A DNA stretch of 64,000 nucleotides from an uncultured Solirubrobacterales bacterium (GTDB lineage: Bacteria > Actinomycetota > Thermoleophilia > Solirubrobacterales > JBBDJG01): contig CAVZDP010000005.1 in the NCBI GenBank assembly GCA_963774075.1, positions 186,179 through 250,178 on the forward strand, in the 5' to 3' direction. Of the stretch, positions 19,786 to 30,801 are shown piece after piece. Every line of letters begins with the position of its first letter. The first letter of the stretch is position 1. Position numbers and translations under genes: made by a program. Below the pieces are notes generated by a model. That model had not been told where the DNA came from and ran no database searches. It saw only the letters and a program-made list of their open reading frames with translations.

Positions 19786-20417
19786 AATTGGCGTTCGTTC
19801 TCTATCCCGACATGACGGCGCTCGACCTCGTGGGCCCATACGAGGTGCTCACCAACTGGCCGGGCGCAGAGGCGGCGTTCGTTGCCTCCACTCCCGGCCC
19901 GATCATCGCGGACAACGGTCTCCCCCTCGCCGCGACGTGCGGGCTCGGCGAAATCCCCGACCCCGACATCGTGGTGGTGGGGGGAAGCTCGAAGCCCGAG
20001 CAACCGCTCTTGGACGAGGATCTGATCACCTGGATGCGCGATGTGCGGCCGACGTGGATGACCTCCGTGTGCACCGGCGCCGGCGTGCTCGCGAAGGCGG
20101 GCTGGCTGGACGGCAAGAGAGCGGCCACCCACTGGGCCTGGCGCGAGCGGCTCGCCGAGCTCGGGGCGGTGCCCGTCGCCGAGCGCGTGGTCTTCGAGTC
20201 GCCCGTCGTGACGGCAGCAGGCGTGTCGGCGGGCATCGACATGGCCCTCGAGCTGACCGCGCGGGAGCTGGGCGACGTCGCCGCCAAGGGCATTCAGCTT
20301 GCGATCGAGTACGACCCTGCGCCGCCGTTCGACACCGGCACGCCGGAGAAGGCAGGTCCTGAGCTGACCGGATTCGTGCGGCAGTTCTTCGGCGCGGCGG
20401 CGACTGCCGGAAGCTGA
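19782..20417 (+). CDS. DJ-1/PfpI family protein (isonitrile hydratase-like)
   Basis: LDLVGP, SVCTG and EYDPAPPF; ATGA overlap. Confidence 0.93.
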   Translation: MKLAFVLYPDMTALDLVGPYEVLTNWPGAEAAFVASTPGPIIADNGLPLAATCGLGEIPDPDIVVVGGSSKPEQPLLDEDLITWMRDVRPTWMTSVCTGAGVLAKAGWLDGKRAATHWAWRERLAELGAVPVAERVVFESPVVTAAGVSAGIDMALELTARELGDVAAKGIQLAIEYDPAPPFDTGTPEKAGPELTGFVRQFFGAAATAGS

Positions 20418-20439
20418 TCTTCCAGCTATCGCTCGCCCG

Positions 20440-21375
20440 TCAGCGTGCGGCGGGGACCGGCAGCTCGAACGTGACGCCCGTGAGCTCCTCGGAAACCGCC
20501 CACAGGCGGCGGGCAGCTTCCTCGTCGCGAGCCGCGCCGCTCGTTCCGACGGGCTCGGGATGCCCGCGCTGCTCCGCGATTCCGTCGGGACCGATGTACG
20601 TCCCGCCCTCGAGGCCCGGATACGTAGCCGCGTAGAGCTCCGGCAGCACACCCATCTTCACGTCCTGGGCCAGTAGGCGGTTCGTCACCACCATGACGAG
20701 CCGGTCGACCATCGGCGGCGCCGCCGACTGCAGGTTCGTCGCGGAATAGCCGGGGTGGGCGCCGAGGCTGCGGATGGCGGAGCCGGCGGCGCGCAAACGG
20801 CGGTCGAGCTCGAACGCGAAGAGCAGGTTCGCGAGCTTCGACTGCCCGTAGGCCCGCCAGCGCCTGTAACGGTGCGTGCTCTGAAGGTCGTCGAAATCGA
20901 TGCGACCGAAACGGTGTGCACCGCTGCTCACCGTGACGACCCGGGCCTCCTCCCGTCCGTCCATCGCGCCGATGAGAAGGGCGGTCAGAGCGAAGTGGCC
21001 GAGATGGTTCGTCCCTATCTGGAGCTCGAACCCGTCAGCGGTCTCCCGGCGCGGAGGCGCCATGACGCCGGCATTGTTGATGAGGACATCCAGGCCGTCG
21101 TGCTCGGCCCGCACCTTTTCGGCAAAGGCATGGACCGAGGCGAGGCTCGCCAGGTCGAGGGGGGCGAGCTCCACCCTCGCATTCGGCACGTCGGCCTGGA
21201 TGTCCCGCAGGGCCGCTGCGCCTTTTTCGGTGTCGCGACAGGCGAGCACCACGTGCGCGCCGGCCCGCGCCAGCTCACGGGCCGCCTCCAGCCCGAGACC
21301 GCTGTTGGCCCCGGTCACGATCGCCGTGCGCCCGCTCTGGTCAGGAATCTGGTCGCTCGTCCACTTCGCGCTCAT
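20440..21375 (-). CDS. Short-chain dehydrogenase (retinol dehydrogenase-like)
   Basis: TGANSGLG, NNAG and YGQSK motifs. Confidence 0.95.
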   Translation of the reverse strand: MSAKWTSDQIPDQSGRTAIVTGANSGLGLEAARELARAGAHVVLACRDTEKGAAALRDIQADVPNARVELAPLDLASLASVHAFAEKVRAEHDGLDVLINNAGVMAPPRRETADGFELQIGTNHLGHFALTALLIGAMDGREEARVVTVSSGAHRFGRIDFDDLQSTHRYRRWRAYGQSKLANLLFAFELDRRLRAAGSAIRSLGAHPGYSATNLQSAAPPMVDRLVMVVTNRLLAQDVKMGVLPELYAATYPGLEGGTYIGPDGIAEQRGHPEPVGTSGAARDEEAARRLWAVSEELTGVTFELPVPAAR

Positions 21376-21495
21376 GAGATCTCCTCGGTCCCCTGCTGAT
21401 CGATTCGGTTGCGCAGGACCCTACTACCGAGCGGCAGGCGAACCGGATCTCAACTCTTCCGGGGGTCATGAAGGCGCGGTCGCGACAGGGTGAAT

Positions 21496-21526
21496 CGGGC
21501 GCTGCGTTTGAGCGCCAGCGCCCGAC
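21496..21526. terminator. GC-rich hairpin, probable terminator of the 21554-22006 gene
   Basis: TCGGGCGCTG...CAGCGCCCGA stem. Confidence 0.5.
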
Positions 21527-21553
21527 CCTCCGAATTCAGTTGCTCTGAGCTGT

Positions 21554-22006
21554 CTAGTCGACCGGGGTGTAGTTCGGGTTGTTGGCCGCGACCTTCCCGG
21601 TGGCGCAGTCGTTGCTGTCCCCGATCACGGCGTCGCTGGGGCCGGGGAACGGATTACCGGCGGCGACGGTGCTGCCAGGGCCCGCGCTCGTCGTCACCGT
21701 CGAGCCGGGACCAAAGAAGCCACAGCCCGGCTCGGGGGCATTGCCGAGGTTGAACAGGTACCGAAGCTTTCCGTCCGCGTTCGTATCGCGGAGATCTCCG
21801 TTCGCCGGAATCTCGACCGTCACCGTCCAGGTTTCCCCGTTCGCCGCGTAGCCGCCGTCGCGCGTGGTCGTGTAGGTGCACGTGTCACCCGCGGGCGAGA
21901 CACATCCCTCCTCGCCGGCCGGGAGGATGAGCGGATCGGACGCTACGGCGGTGCCCGCGAACGCGAAGGCGCTGACAAGCGCGCCAAGAAGAACAAGCTT
22001 TCTCAT
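21554..22006 (-). CDS. Secreted Cys-containing hypothetical protein
   Basis: Signal peptide [22 protein letters not shown]; GAGG SD. Confidence 0.75.
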   Translation of the reverse strand: MRKLVLLGALVSAFAFAGTAVASDPLILPAGEEGCVSPAGDTCTYTTTRDGGYAANGETWTVTVEIPANGDLRDTNADGKLRYLFNLGNAPEPGCGFFGPGSTVTTSAGPGSTVAAGNPFPGPSDAVIGDSNDCATGKVAANNPNYTPVD

Positions 22007-22176
22007 GCCTACCTCTTTTCCTGGTTCTTCGTCTGTGGACGCGACGACACATCGGCACGGGGCGAGCCCGCGCCGCTCACAATGACCTCCTTCACCTACC
22101 TGCAATCGTCGAGGCTCAAACCTCAACACCACGAGCGGGAAGTCGCGCGTTCCGGTCCGCCAAATACCCTGAGACG

Positions 22177-24021
22177 ATGCTCATCGCCCGAGAGGACATC
22201 CGCAACGTCGCGATCGTCGCGCATGTCGACCATGGCAAGACGACGTTGGTCGACGCGATGCTGTGGCAGTCCGGCGCCTTTCGCGCGAACCAGGACGTGG
22301 CCGAGCGCGTGCTCGACTCCATGGACCTCGAGCGCGAGAAGGGCATCACGATTCTGGCCAAGAACACCGCGGTCCGTCACCGCGACGTGAAGATCAACAT
22401 CATCGACACGCCCGGTCACGCCGATTTCGGCGGCGAGGTCGAACGGGGGCTGACGATGGTCGACGGCGTGTTGCTACTCGTCGACGCCAGCGAGGGACCG
22501 TTGCCGCAGACGCGTTTTGTGCTGCGCAAGGCACTGGAGGCGCACCTGCCGGTGATCCTCGTCGTCAACAAGGTGGACAGGCCGGACGCGCGCATCGACG
22601 AGGTCGTCGACGAGGTACTCGAGCTGTTCCTGGACCTCGACGCCGACGATCACCAGATCGATTTCCCGATCGTGTACTGCAACGCGAGGGCCGGAAAGGC
22701 ATCGCTCTCCAAGGACGAGGAGGGTGAGTCCCTCGCGCCCCTGCTGGACCTTCTGCTCGAGCGCATCCCCGCACCTGTGCACGACCCCAACCACCCACTC
22801 CAGGCTCACGTCACCAACCTCGACGCGTCGCCGTATGTCGGCCGCCTCGCGATCTGCCGGGTTCGACACGGGATCATCCGCCGCGGCCAGCAGCTCGCCT
22901 GGTGTCGTGCCGACGGGACGGTCCAGCGCGCGCAGGTGGCTGAGCTGTACGTGACCGACGCTCTCGATCGCGTGGATGCGGACGAGGCCGGGCCGGGCGA
23001 GATCATCGGTGTGGCTGGGCTGGCGGATGTCACGATCGGGGAGACGCTCGCCGATCCGCAGGACCCGCGGCCCCTGCCGGTCATCACGGTCGACGAGCCA
23101 TCCCTGAGCGTGACGATCGGGATCAACACTTCGCCGCTCGCCGGCCGGGATGGGACCAAGCTGACGGCCCGCCAGGTGCAGGCACGGCTCGAGCAGGAGC
23201 TCGTGGGGAACGTCTCACTGCGACTCGACGACACCGACCGGCCGGATGCGTGGGAGGTGCAGGGCCGCGGCGAGCTGCAGCTCGCGATCCTCGTCGAGCT
23301 CATGCGGCGTGAGGGCTTCGAGCTCACGGTGGGACAGCCTCAGGTGCTCACTCGCGAAGTGGACGGCCGGATCCACGAGCCGGTCGAGCGCCTGGCGATC
23401 GACACGCCGGAGGACTACGTCGGGGTGATCACCCAGCTGCTGGCGCTACGCAAGGGGCGCCTCGAGCAGATGGTCAACCACGGTACGGGCTGGGTCCGGA
23501 TGGAATACCTGGTGCCGGCCCGCGGACTGATCGGCTTCCGCACGGAGTTCCTCACCGAGACCCGTGGCACCGGCCTTCTTCACCACGTCTTCGACCGCTG
23601 GGAGCCGTGGGCGGGCGACTTGCGCACGCGGCCGACGGGCGCTCTCGTGTCGGATCGCAACGGAATTGCTGCGCAATTCGCTCTCATGAACCTCCAGGAG
23701 AGAGGCACGCTGTTCGTGGGCCCGGGCGAGCAGGTGTACGAGGGAATGATCGTCGGCGAGAACGCGCGCTCGCAGGACCTGGACGTGAACGCGACCAAGG
23801 AGAAGCACCTCACCAACATACGCTCGTCCACCGCTGACGTCCTCATTCGGCTGGTGCCGCACCGCGTCTTGTCGCTCGACCAGGCGCTCGAGTTCCTGCG
23901 AGAGGACGAGTGCGTGGAGGTGACCCCGTCCGCGGTGCGGTTGCGCAAGTTCGCTCTCGACAAGACCACGCGCACCAAGGCTGCACGCCAGGCGCGCGAG
24001 GTTTCAGGCGGGGCGGCCTAG
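22177..24021 (+). CDS. typA: Translational GTPase TypA/BipA
   Basis: [24 protein letters not shown] and GRGELQL motifs. Confidence 0.98.
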   Translation: MLIAREDIRNVAIVAHVDHGKTTLVDAMLWQSGAFRANQDVAERVLDSMDLEREKGITILAKNTAVRHRDVKINIIDTPGHADFGGEVERGLTMVDGVLLLVDASEGPLPQTRFVLRKALEAHLPVILVVNKVDRPDARIDEVVDEVLELFLDLDADDHQIDFPIVYCNARAGKASLSKDEEGESLAPLLDLLLERIPAPVHDPNHPLQAHVTNLDASPYVGRLAICRVRHGIIRRGQQLAWCRADGTVQRAQVAELYVTDALDRVDADEAGPGEIIGVAGLADVTIGETLADPQDPRPLPVITVDEPSLSVTIGINTSPLAGRDGTKLTARQVQARLEQELVGNVSLRLDDTDRPDAWEVQGRGELQLAILVELMRREGFELTVGQPQVLTREVDGRIHEPVERLAIDTPEDYVGVITQLLALRKGRLEQMVNHGTGWVRMEYLVPARGLIGFRTEFLTETRGTGLLHHVFDRWEPWAGDLRTRPTGALVSDRNGIAAQFALMNLQERGTLFVGPGEQVYEGMIVGENARSQDLDVNATKEKHLTNIRSSTADVLIRLVPHRVLSLDQALEFLREDECVEVTPSAVRLRKFALDKTTRTKAARQAREVSGGAA

Positions 24022-24074
24022 CGGCAGAGCTCTCGGCTCTATGTAACTGCCCACCAGCCTGCGAGGATCGCCTC

Positions 24075-25733
24075 ATGACAACCGTGCCAGCCGGCGACGA
24101 GCGTCTCCTCGAGGCCCGCGCTGCCTTCGCCCGGGGGGATTGGCGGGCCGCGAAGGAGGTCTACGAGCACGTACTCGCCGCCAAGCCCGATGAGCCGGAC
24201 GCGCTCGACGGGCTGGGACAGTCGCTCTGGTGGCTCGGCGAGAAGCAGACCGGCATGGAACTGCGCGCCAAGGCCTTCGCCGGCTACCAGCGCCGCGGAG
24301 ACAGAGAGCGCGCAGGGTTCATAGCCGGCTACCTCGCAGCCGAGTACCGGATCGCGGGCAATGCCTCGGTGGCGCAGGGCTGGCTCGGCCGCGCGCGGCG
24401 CCTGCTCGACGGCCTCGATGACTGCGCCGCCCTCGGCTGGCTCGAGATCGAGCTCTCGAAGCGCGCCGCCGAGCCGGTCGCGGAGGAGCACCACGGCGAG
24501 CATGCACTCGAGCTCGCCCGGCGGATCGGCGATTCGGACCTCGAGGCGGCGGCGCTCAGTCACGTCGGCCTCGCCCGCGTCTCGCAGGGTCGCGTCGAGG
24601 AGGGGATGGCCGTGCTCGACGAGGCGATCGCGGTTGCCGTCGCCGGGGAGGCGGAGGACCCGCTGGCGATCGGTGAGGCCTGCTGCATCACGCTGGTGGC
24701 CTGCGAACAGCTCGCCGACGTGCGCCGCGCCCGAGACTTCGGCCGCACCCTCTCCGACTTCACCCGCCGGCGCAACTACCTCCCCCTCGCGAGCTGGTGC
24801 CGGGCCATCTACGCCCACTTCCTGATGGCCAGCGGCCGCTGGGCGGACGCAGAGCGCGAGTACGAGGCCGCGCTCGACGAGTTCCGCGGCCTGACCGAGA
24901 CCGACCCGCTGTCCGGGCTGGCCGGGCTCGCCCAGCTGCGCATCCGTCAAGGGCGGCCAGAGGAAGCCGCGCAGCTGCTCGCCGGAAGCGAGGACCGCCC
25001 TGGAGCCGTGGAGGCGATGGTCAGCCTCCACCTAGCTCGCGGCGAAGTCGAGCTCGCCGCGCAGCGGCTCGAGCAGCGGCTCGATGGCGCAGGCGACGGC
25101 GATGCCTACAGCGCCCCGCTGTTCGCATTGCAGGGGACCGTCGAGCTCGCGCGCGGACGAGCCGACGACGCCCAACTGGCGGCCGCTGCGCTCGAGCGAC
25201 TCGCCGGCCGGCTCGGCCGCAACGACCTCGTGGCCGTCGCGGACCTGCAGCGCGCTCAGGTCGCCCGGCTCGCCGAGCAAGAGCCCGACGTGCACGCGCT
25301 CGAGCGCGCGGCCGAGAGCTTCGCCCGCTTCGAGCTGCCCCTCGAGGAGGGAGAGACTCGCGTCGAGCTGGCGCGGGCGCTGGCCAAGCACCGCTCGGAG
25401 CTCGCGATCGAGTCGGCGCGCGCAGGCCTGGCGATCTTCGAGCGCCTCGGCGCGGCCCGCCACGCCGACCAGGCCGCGGGCCTGCTGCGCGAGCTCGGTG
25501 CGCCCGGCCGCCCGGCACCACGCACCCCGGGCGAGCTGACGCGCCGCGAGAGCGAGGTGCTGGAGCTGCTGACCGCCGGCCTGTCGAACCCCGAGATAGC
25601 CGAGCGCCTCGTGATCAGTCCCAAGACTGCCGAGCACCACGTCGGCCGCGTCCTGTCCAAGCTCGGCGTCCGCAACCGCGCCGAGGCCGCCGCCTACGCG
25701 GCGCGCGCGCGGGCCGAGGGCGGCACGTTGTAG
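24075..25733 (+). CDS. TPR-containing LuxR-family transcriptional regulator
   Basis: Helical repeats plus C-terminal [26 protein letters not shown]. Confidence 0.92.
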   Translation: MTTVPAGDERLLEARAAFARGDWRAAKEVYEHVLAAKPDEPDALDGLGQSLWWLGEKQTGMELRAKAFAGYQRRGDRERAGFIAGYLAAEYRIAGNASVAQGWLGRARRLLDGLDDCAALGWLEIELSKRAAEPVAEEHHGEHALELARRIGDSDLEAAALSHVGLARVSQGRVEEGMAVLDEAIAVAVAGEAEDPLAIGEACCITLVACEQLADVRRARDFGRTLSDFTRRRNYLPLASWCRAIYAHFLMASGRWADAEREYEAALDEFRGLTETDPLSGLAGLAQLRIRQGRPEEAAQLLAGSEDRPGAVEAMVSLHLARGEVELAAQRLEQRLDGAGDGDAYSAPLFALQGTVELARGRADDAQLAAAALERLAGRLGRNDLVAVADLQRAQVARLAEQEPDVHALERAAESFARFELPLEEGETRVELARALAKHRSELAIESARAGLAIFERLGAARHADQAAGLLRELGAPGRPAPRTPGELTRRESEVLELLTAGLSNPEIAERLVISPKTAEHHVGRVLSKLGVRNRAEAAAYAARARAEGGTL

Positions 25734-27070
25734 TTGAGCCGGAAGGCGTTGTCGGGGTCCCAGCGGTCCTTGACCTCGACAAGCCGCGCCCAGACCGAGC
25801 TGCTGTAGGCGTCGCGGACTCGCTGCTCGGACTCGTCTTGGAGCGAGTTGACGTAGACCCCGCCGGTGCTGTGCGGCGTGAGCGCGTCGAACACCTCGCG
25901 CGTCCACGCGATGTGCTCGCCATCGTCGCCCTCCAGCCAGGCCCCGACCACCCACAGAAGCCGGTAGGCGTCGCGGTGCACGAAGGCCGTGCTCTCTGGT
26001 GAGACGCTTTCGATCGCACCGCCCATGCGTGCCGTGATGATCATCGACATCGGCGACGACACGCCGGAGTGCAACTCGACAACCCGCTCGATCGCCGTGT
26101 CCGGCAGCTCGGCGAGCCAGTGGCTCTTGGAGTAGTTGCGCATCCCATGCGGTGCGGTCGGGTCCAGCATCTCCTGCGCGCCGATCACCGGCATCCGCCC
26201 GAGCGCGTCGAGTGCCGGCGGGCCGAACTGGCGCAGCGGCCGCACCACACGCTCGCCCTCATCGGGGTCGCCCGCGTAGACGATCCCGATTGCGAGGGCG
26301 GGCTTGCCCTGGAGCTCCTCGGGGAACGGCGGCTCGGGAGGAACGGTCATGAACGTCTCGTACACCGTCAGGTCGTGCGGCGCCTCGTCCATGAAGTCGC
26401 GCGAGAAACGCAGGGCCTCGCCGGCACGCTCGAGCGGGTGCAGCAACATGCCCGCCAGCACTTCCGGCCCGTGCTCGCAGAGCTCGAACTCGAACTCGGT
26501 GACGATGCCGAAGTTGCCGCCGCCGCCACGCAGCCCCCAGAACAGGTCTGGGTTCTCCTCTTCGGACGCTCGCACGACCTCACCCTCCGCCGTCACGACC
26601 CGTGCGACACGCAGGCGGTCGATCGTGAGGCCGTGACGGCGCGTGACCCAGCCGATCCCGCCGCCGAGCGTGAGGCCGGCGACTCCGGTGTGCGACACGT
26701 GGCCGTAGGGGATCGCCAGGCCATTCGGGCCGGTGGCCCGTGCAACGTCGCCGAGCAGCGCGCCGCCGCCCACGCGTGCACGGCGGGCCTGCGCGTCGAC
26801 CTCGACACGGTTCATGGCCGACAGGTCGATGGTCACCCCGCCGTCCGACATCGAGTGGCCCTGCATGCTGTGCCCGCCGCCCCGCACGGCGATGTCCGCT
26901 CCCTTGTCTCGGGCACGGAGGAGGGCCTCGGCGACCTCCGCTTCCGTACGGGGCCGGGCGATGGCCGCCGGACGGTGGTCGATCGAGCCGTTCCAGAGGG
27001 CGCGCGCCGCGTCGTAGCGCTCGTCCTGCGGCTCGATCACTTCACAACTCAGACTGTCGATCACGCTCAT
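25694..27070 (-). CDS. FAD-binding oxidoreductase (BBE/6-HDNO family)
   Basis: RGGGHS covalent-FAD His, GLTLGGG, GGGGNFG and KDRWDP motifs. Confidence 0.94.
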   Translation of the reverse strand: MSVIDSLSCEVIEPQDERYDAARALWNGSIDHRPAAIARPRTEAEVAEALLRARDKGADIAVRGGGHSMQGHSMSDGGVTIDLSAMNRVEVDAQARRARVGGGALLGDVARATGPNGLAIPYGHVSHTGVAGLTLGGGIGWVTRRHGLTIDRLRVARVVTAEGEVVRASEEENPDLFWGLRGGGGNFGIVTEFEFELCEHGPEVLAGMLLHPLERAGEALRFSRDFMDEAPHDLTVYETFMTVPPEPPFPEELQGKPALAIGIVYAGDPDEGERVVRPLRQFGPPALDALGRMPVIGAQEMLDPTAPHGMRNYSKSHWLAELPDTAIERVVELHSGVSSPMSMIITARMGGAIESVSPESTAFVHRDAYRLLWVVGAWLEGDDGEHIAWTREVFDALTPHSTGGVYVNSLQDESEQRVRDAYSSSVWARLVEVKDRWDPDNAFRLNYNVPPSARARAA

Positions 27071-27128
27071 GACTCTCCTCTGCTCGTGGTGTAGGCAGAG
27101 CTTGCGCGATCGCCGAGGCGAATTCGTC

Positions 27129-27140
27129 GGGGAGTTCCCC
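27129..27140. promoter_or_regulatory. Candidate operator upstream of the FAD oxidase
   Basis: Palindrome GGGGA-GT-TCCCC about 60 bp upstream of the start; LuxR gene adjacent. Confidence 0.4.
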
Positions 27141-27621
27141 TATCTACGCCCTGGTTCGATCTCCAATGTCAGCACGCCAGCCACGCATCCAGCACCTCGC
27201 TTTTCAGACGAAGCTGACGCCCGCGCCTGTGCTGTTGCTGGCCGACGACGCCGCGAGAGAACCAGTGGCCAGCAAGCCAGCGCGGCGGCCGCCCGGCGGC
27301 ACCAGGCCTGCCGGGGTCTCGATCGCGACGTGCGGGTTGCGCCGAATCCGGTCGAGCTTCTTCGGTGCCCCACCGAGCGGGCGTGACGTAGCCAAGCGCG
27401 ACCGCGTGGTCGCCATCGATGACCTCTTCGACCGCATCCGGTTATGGCAATACGGGACGTCACATCGCGAAAAAAATAGAGCCCGAAAGTGGAGACGATC
27501 GGTTCGGCAGCCGCGCAAAGCCGGTCCTGATGAGGGATGGCGCGCACGACCGAGCGCCCTACTGCCACAGCCCACGTGCCCTAGGATCGATACAACCCAT
27601 TCACCCAAGACACTGGATCCA

Positions 27622-28176
27622 GTGGCCAGCGATACCGCAAAAAGCGGCCGTACCCCCGACCAACGTCTCGCCACCCGGTTTCCGCCGCTTGCGCACGCGG
27701 TTGCCGCGTCGGTGCTGCGCCTGCCCCCGGGGTCACGCGTGCGGCGAGCCCTTGTAGTGCGGACCGCGCGCACCGGCTTCGAGGCGTGGGTGCGCGGCGA
27801 TTACGACGTCCTGAGGGCCGCTGCCGATCCCAAGGTCGAGGTGCACCTCGAAATGGCCTCCGGCACGGGTGGTTTTGAGGTACCGGTGGGCTTCGATGAG
27901 ATCTACCACGGCCCCGACGGATACTGCGAGTCCATGAAGCAGTGGGCGCAATCCTTCAGGAACTGGCGCGCCGAGGTAGACGAGGTGATCGAGGAAGCCC
28001 CCGATCGGATTCTCATCATTGCCCGTCACTCGGGCGAGGGCATTGCCAGCGGTGTCGAGCTCGAGCAATGGGGAGCGGTTCGCTACACGGTCCACCACGG
28101 AAGGATCGTGCGGCTGGACGGTTTCTTCGGACAAGATAGAGATGGCGTCATCGAGGAGATCGGCATCCAGGACTAG
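27622..28176 (+). CDS. SnoaL/NTF2-like protein
   Basis: YHGPDG, GEGIASGVELE and GRIVRL pattern; start estimated. Confidence 0.78.
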   Translation: MASDTAKSGRTPDQRLATRFPPLAHAVAASVLRLPPGSRVRRALVVRTARTGFEAWVRGDYDVLRAAADPKVEVHLEMASGTGGFEVPVGFDEIYHGPDGYCESMKQWAQSFRNWRAEVDEVIEEAPDRILIIARHSGEGIASGVELEQWGAVRYTVHHGRIVRLDGFFGQDRDGVIEEIGIQD

Positions 28177-28201
28177 GAATCCGCAGGCCGGGCCACGCTG
28201 A

Positions 28202-28531
28202 GTTCCCGGAACCGTGTGGGACTTCACGCACTGGGAGGGATGATGGCCCGATGCCACGGCCTATCGTGGCTCGGGCATCGCGGATGTCCTTGGGTTGCTC
28301 CGCGACGCCTTCGGCGAGATTGACCACCGGCCCGTCGAGATCGTGGAGGCCGGCGAGGACCGCATGTTCGTCAAGGCGACGGGTACTTTCCGCGGCAAGG
28401 CGAGCGGCGCCAAGGTCGACGTGCCGCCTTATGCCCAGATCATCGAGTTCCGCGACGACCTGATCGCACGGGTTGAGAACTATTCCGACGTAGACACTGC
28501 GCGCCGGGCTACCGAGGTCGAAAAGCCCTAG
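28202..28531 (+). pseudogene. 5'-truncated SnoaL/NTF2 gene with an in-frame TGA
   Basis: Frame reads VWDFTHWEG*WPDATAYRG...GKASGAKV..EFRDDLIARVENY; no start codon; stop at 28241. Confidence 0.7.
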
Positions 28532-28555
28532 GGGCGCGGCGCGCCCGTCCAAATA

Positions 28556-28921
28556 TGGAGACGGCGGGAATCGAACCCGCGTCCGCGATCGCGTGAAAGG
28601 AAGCTTCTACAAGCTTAGTCGGCGCTTTGATCTCGCCTCCCGGCGTCCGCGCCGACGGGCACGTCCGGGAGGCCAGCCCTCTAAGAGTCCCCGGTGCGGC
28701 GAGAGCAGACCGCGCCAGGCAAGCCCGTTTCTGAAGCCGGTGCCCCTCCCCACGGGCCGAGGGAGGACCGACTCTCACTACTTAGCTATGAACTAAGCGG
28801 CGAGGGCGTACTCGTGAGAGTCCGCATGTGTTTTGTTTCCCGGTGGTTTTACGAGGCCAACCGGGGACCTCGGCTTGCGACTTCCTCCACGGAAACGACC
28901 ACGTCGAAACCAATCGTCCCC
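28556..28921 (-). ncRNA. ssrA: tmRNA; tag reading frame ADSHEYALAA* at 28825-28793
   Basis: 5' GGGGACGATTGGTTTCGAC; 3' GGACGCGGGTTCGATTCCCGCCGTCTCCA; YALAA tag; smpB nearby; full CCA not encoded. Confidence 0.97.
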
Positions 28922-29012
28922 TGGAGTTGATGGGTACTACAGGAGCTAATCTTAGCTCAGGCTTCAATAAGTGAAGTATCTACGTAGATGAAGGTCGGCC
29001 GCCCGGCCGCCG

Positions 29013-29930
29013 ATGAGTCCCTGGATGGATAGCCACGACCACACCCCCACGAGCTACCCCCCGCTTTCACCGCGGCCGCCCGCCCCTGCGCCTACGCCCT
29101 ACGGCGGCGAGCTCGCGGGCGAGGGGCCGATCCATCCCGGCTCCGGGCGGCGGAGGTTCGACTGGAAGAAGCTCGGTGCTCCTCTAGGCGCTCTGGCGCT
29201 CGTCGTCCTCAAGTTCGGCGCCAAGCTCAAGGCGCTCCTGCTGCTGCTACCGAAGCTCAAGGTCCTCACGACCTCGGCCAGCATGCTGGTCTCCGTCGCC
29301 GCGTACTCGCTCATCTGGGGCTGGAAGTTCGCGGTCGGCTTCGTGCTGCTGATCTTCGTGCACGAGATGGGTCACGTTCTGCAGCTCCGGCGGGAGGGCA
29401 TCAAGGCGTCAGCGCCGATGTTCATCCCGTTCATGGGCGCGGTCATCTGGGCGAAGTCGCTCGGCGACAACGCGGTCGCCGAGGCCCGAGTCGGACTGGC
29501 GGGACCGATCCTCGGCAGCATCGGCTCGGCGGCGCTGATCCCGGTGGCGAACGCGACCGGCAACGACCTGTTCATGGCGCTCGCCTTCACCGGCTTCTTC
29601 CTCAACCTCTTCAACCTGCTGCCGGTGCTGCCGCTCGACGGCGGTCGCGCGATGGCCGCGCTCTCGCCCTGGATGTGGCTCGTCGGCGTCGCCGCCCTTG
29701 TCGCGACGCTGTTCGTGTTCCCGAACCCGATCATGTTCCTGATCCTGCTGCTCGGCGGAATGGAGACGTGGCGGCGCTGGAAGGCGCGCAAGGAGCCGGG
29801 ACAGCAGGAGTACTACAAGGTCCGCCCGCGCGATCGCTTGCTCATTGCGCTCGTCTACGTGAGCCTGATAGCCCTACTTGCGTTCGGGATGTCCGAGACC
29901 CACCTCGAGCGCGACTTCGGCGACACCTAG
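29013..29930 (+). CDS. Site-2 protease (M50) family metalloprotease
   Basis: HEMGH and NLLPVLPLDGG motifs. Confidence 0.93.
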   Translation: MSPWMDSHDHTPTSYPPLSPRPPAPAPTPYGGELAGEGPIHPGSGRRRFDWKKLGAPLGALALVVLKFGAKLKALLLLLPKLKVLTTSASMLVSVAAYSLIWGWKFAVGFVLLIFVHEMGHVLQLRREGIKASAPMFIPFMGAVIWAKSLGDNAVAEARVGLAGPILGSIGSAALIPVANATGNDLFMALAFTGFFLNLFNLLPVLPLDGGRAMAALSPWMWLVGVAALVATLFVFPNPIMFLILLLGGMETWRRWKARKEPGQQEYYKVRPRDRLLIALVYVSLIALLAFGMSETHLERDFGDT

Positions 29931-29939
29931 CCAGGTACC

Positions 29940-30332
29940 GTGACCGCAGTGAGCGGCGACGCACAACGGCTCCTTCGAGGCGCCTACGCCGCCTTCAACG
30001 CGCGCGACCTCGATGCCGCGCTGGCGATCATGCACCCGGACGTCGACTGGCCGAATGTGATGGAGGGTTCCCGAGTGCGCGGTCATCTGGGGGTCCGTGG
30101 CTACTGGACGCGCCAGTTCGAGCAGATCGACTCACGCGTCGAACCCGAGCGGTTCAACGTCACGGACGACGGCCGCGTGGCCGTCGACGTTCATCAGGTA
30201 GTCCGTACCCTCGCCGGCGACGTCATCTCCGATGAGCGCGTCACGCATATCTACACGATCCGCGATGGCCTGATCGAACGCATGGACGTTGTCGACGGCG
30301 AAGGGCGTACCTCTAGCGCGATCGCTCCTTGA
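29940..30332 (+). CDS. SnoaL/NTF2-like protein
   Basis: YAAFNARDLD, HPDVDWPN and HIYTIRDGLIERM. Confidence 0.9.
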   Translation: MTAVSGDAQRLLRGAYAAFNARDLDAALAIMHPDVDWPNVMEGSRVRGHLGVRGYWTRQFEQIDSRVEPERFNVTDDGRVAVDVHQVVRTLAGDVISDERVTHIYTIRDGLIERMDVVDGEGRTSSAIAP

Positions 30333-30801
30333 GTGCCCGCTCCATCTCACGTTTCTGCTCGCGGTCGCGGATCGAATCGCGCTTGTCGCGCAACTCCTTG
30401 CCCTTGGCCAGCGCGATCTCGACCTTCGCGTGTGGGCCCGAGAAGTAGATCCGCGTCGGCACCAGCGTCAGCCCACGCTCTTGGGTCTGGCCGACCAGGC
30501 GCTCGATCTGGGCGCGGCGAAGCAAGAGCTTGCGCGGGCGCTCGGGGTCGTGGCCCTGGCCGGCCGCCGGCCCGTAGGGAGCGATGTGGCAGCCCTGAAG
30601 CCAGACCTCGCCGTCTCTCGCCACGGCGTAGGAGTCCTTCAGGTTCGCCTTGCCGTCGCGCAGCGACTTCACCTCGCTGCCCTGGAGCACGATCCCGGCC
30701 TCCCACCTGTCGAGCAGCTCGTAGCGAAAGCGCGCCTGCCGGTTGGTCGCGACGTCGCCGGACGCCAGCTTCCGCGCCCCGCCCTTGCTGCGCTTGCTCA
30801 C
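30313..30801 (-). CDS. smpB: SsrA-binding protein
   Basis: NRQARF, GSEVKSLR, RKLLL and KGK..DKR motifs. Confidence 0.97.
   Translation of the reverse strand: MSKRSKGGARKLASGDVATNRQARFRYELLDRWEAGIVLQGSEVKSLRDGKANLKDSYAVARDGEVWLQGCHIAPYGPAAGQGHDPERPRKLLLRRAQIERLVGQTQERGLTLVPTRIYFSGPHAKVEIALAKGKELRDKRDSIRDREQKREMERALKERSR

Noticed and set aside
27490-27497. att duplication of the tmRNA 3' end (TGGAGACG)
   Set aside because: Only 8 bp, compatible with chance; no integrase
27481-27540. Hammerhead ribozyme (GAAA...CTGATGA)
   Set aside because: Could not form stem III with a UH cleavage site or a convincing stem I
28241-28243. Selenocysteine TGA
   Set aside because: The frame has no start, there is no redox motif, and it looks like a 3-nt slippage
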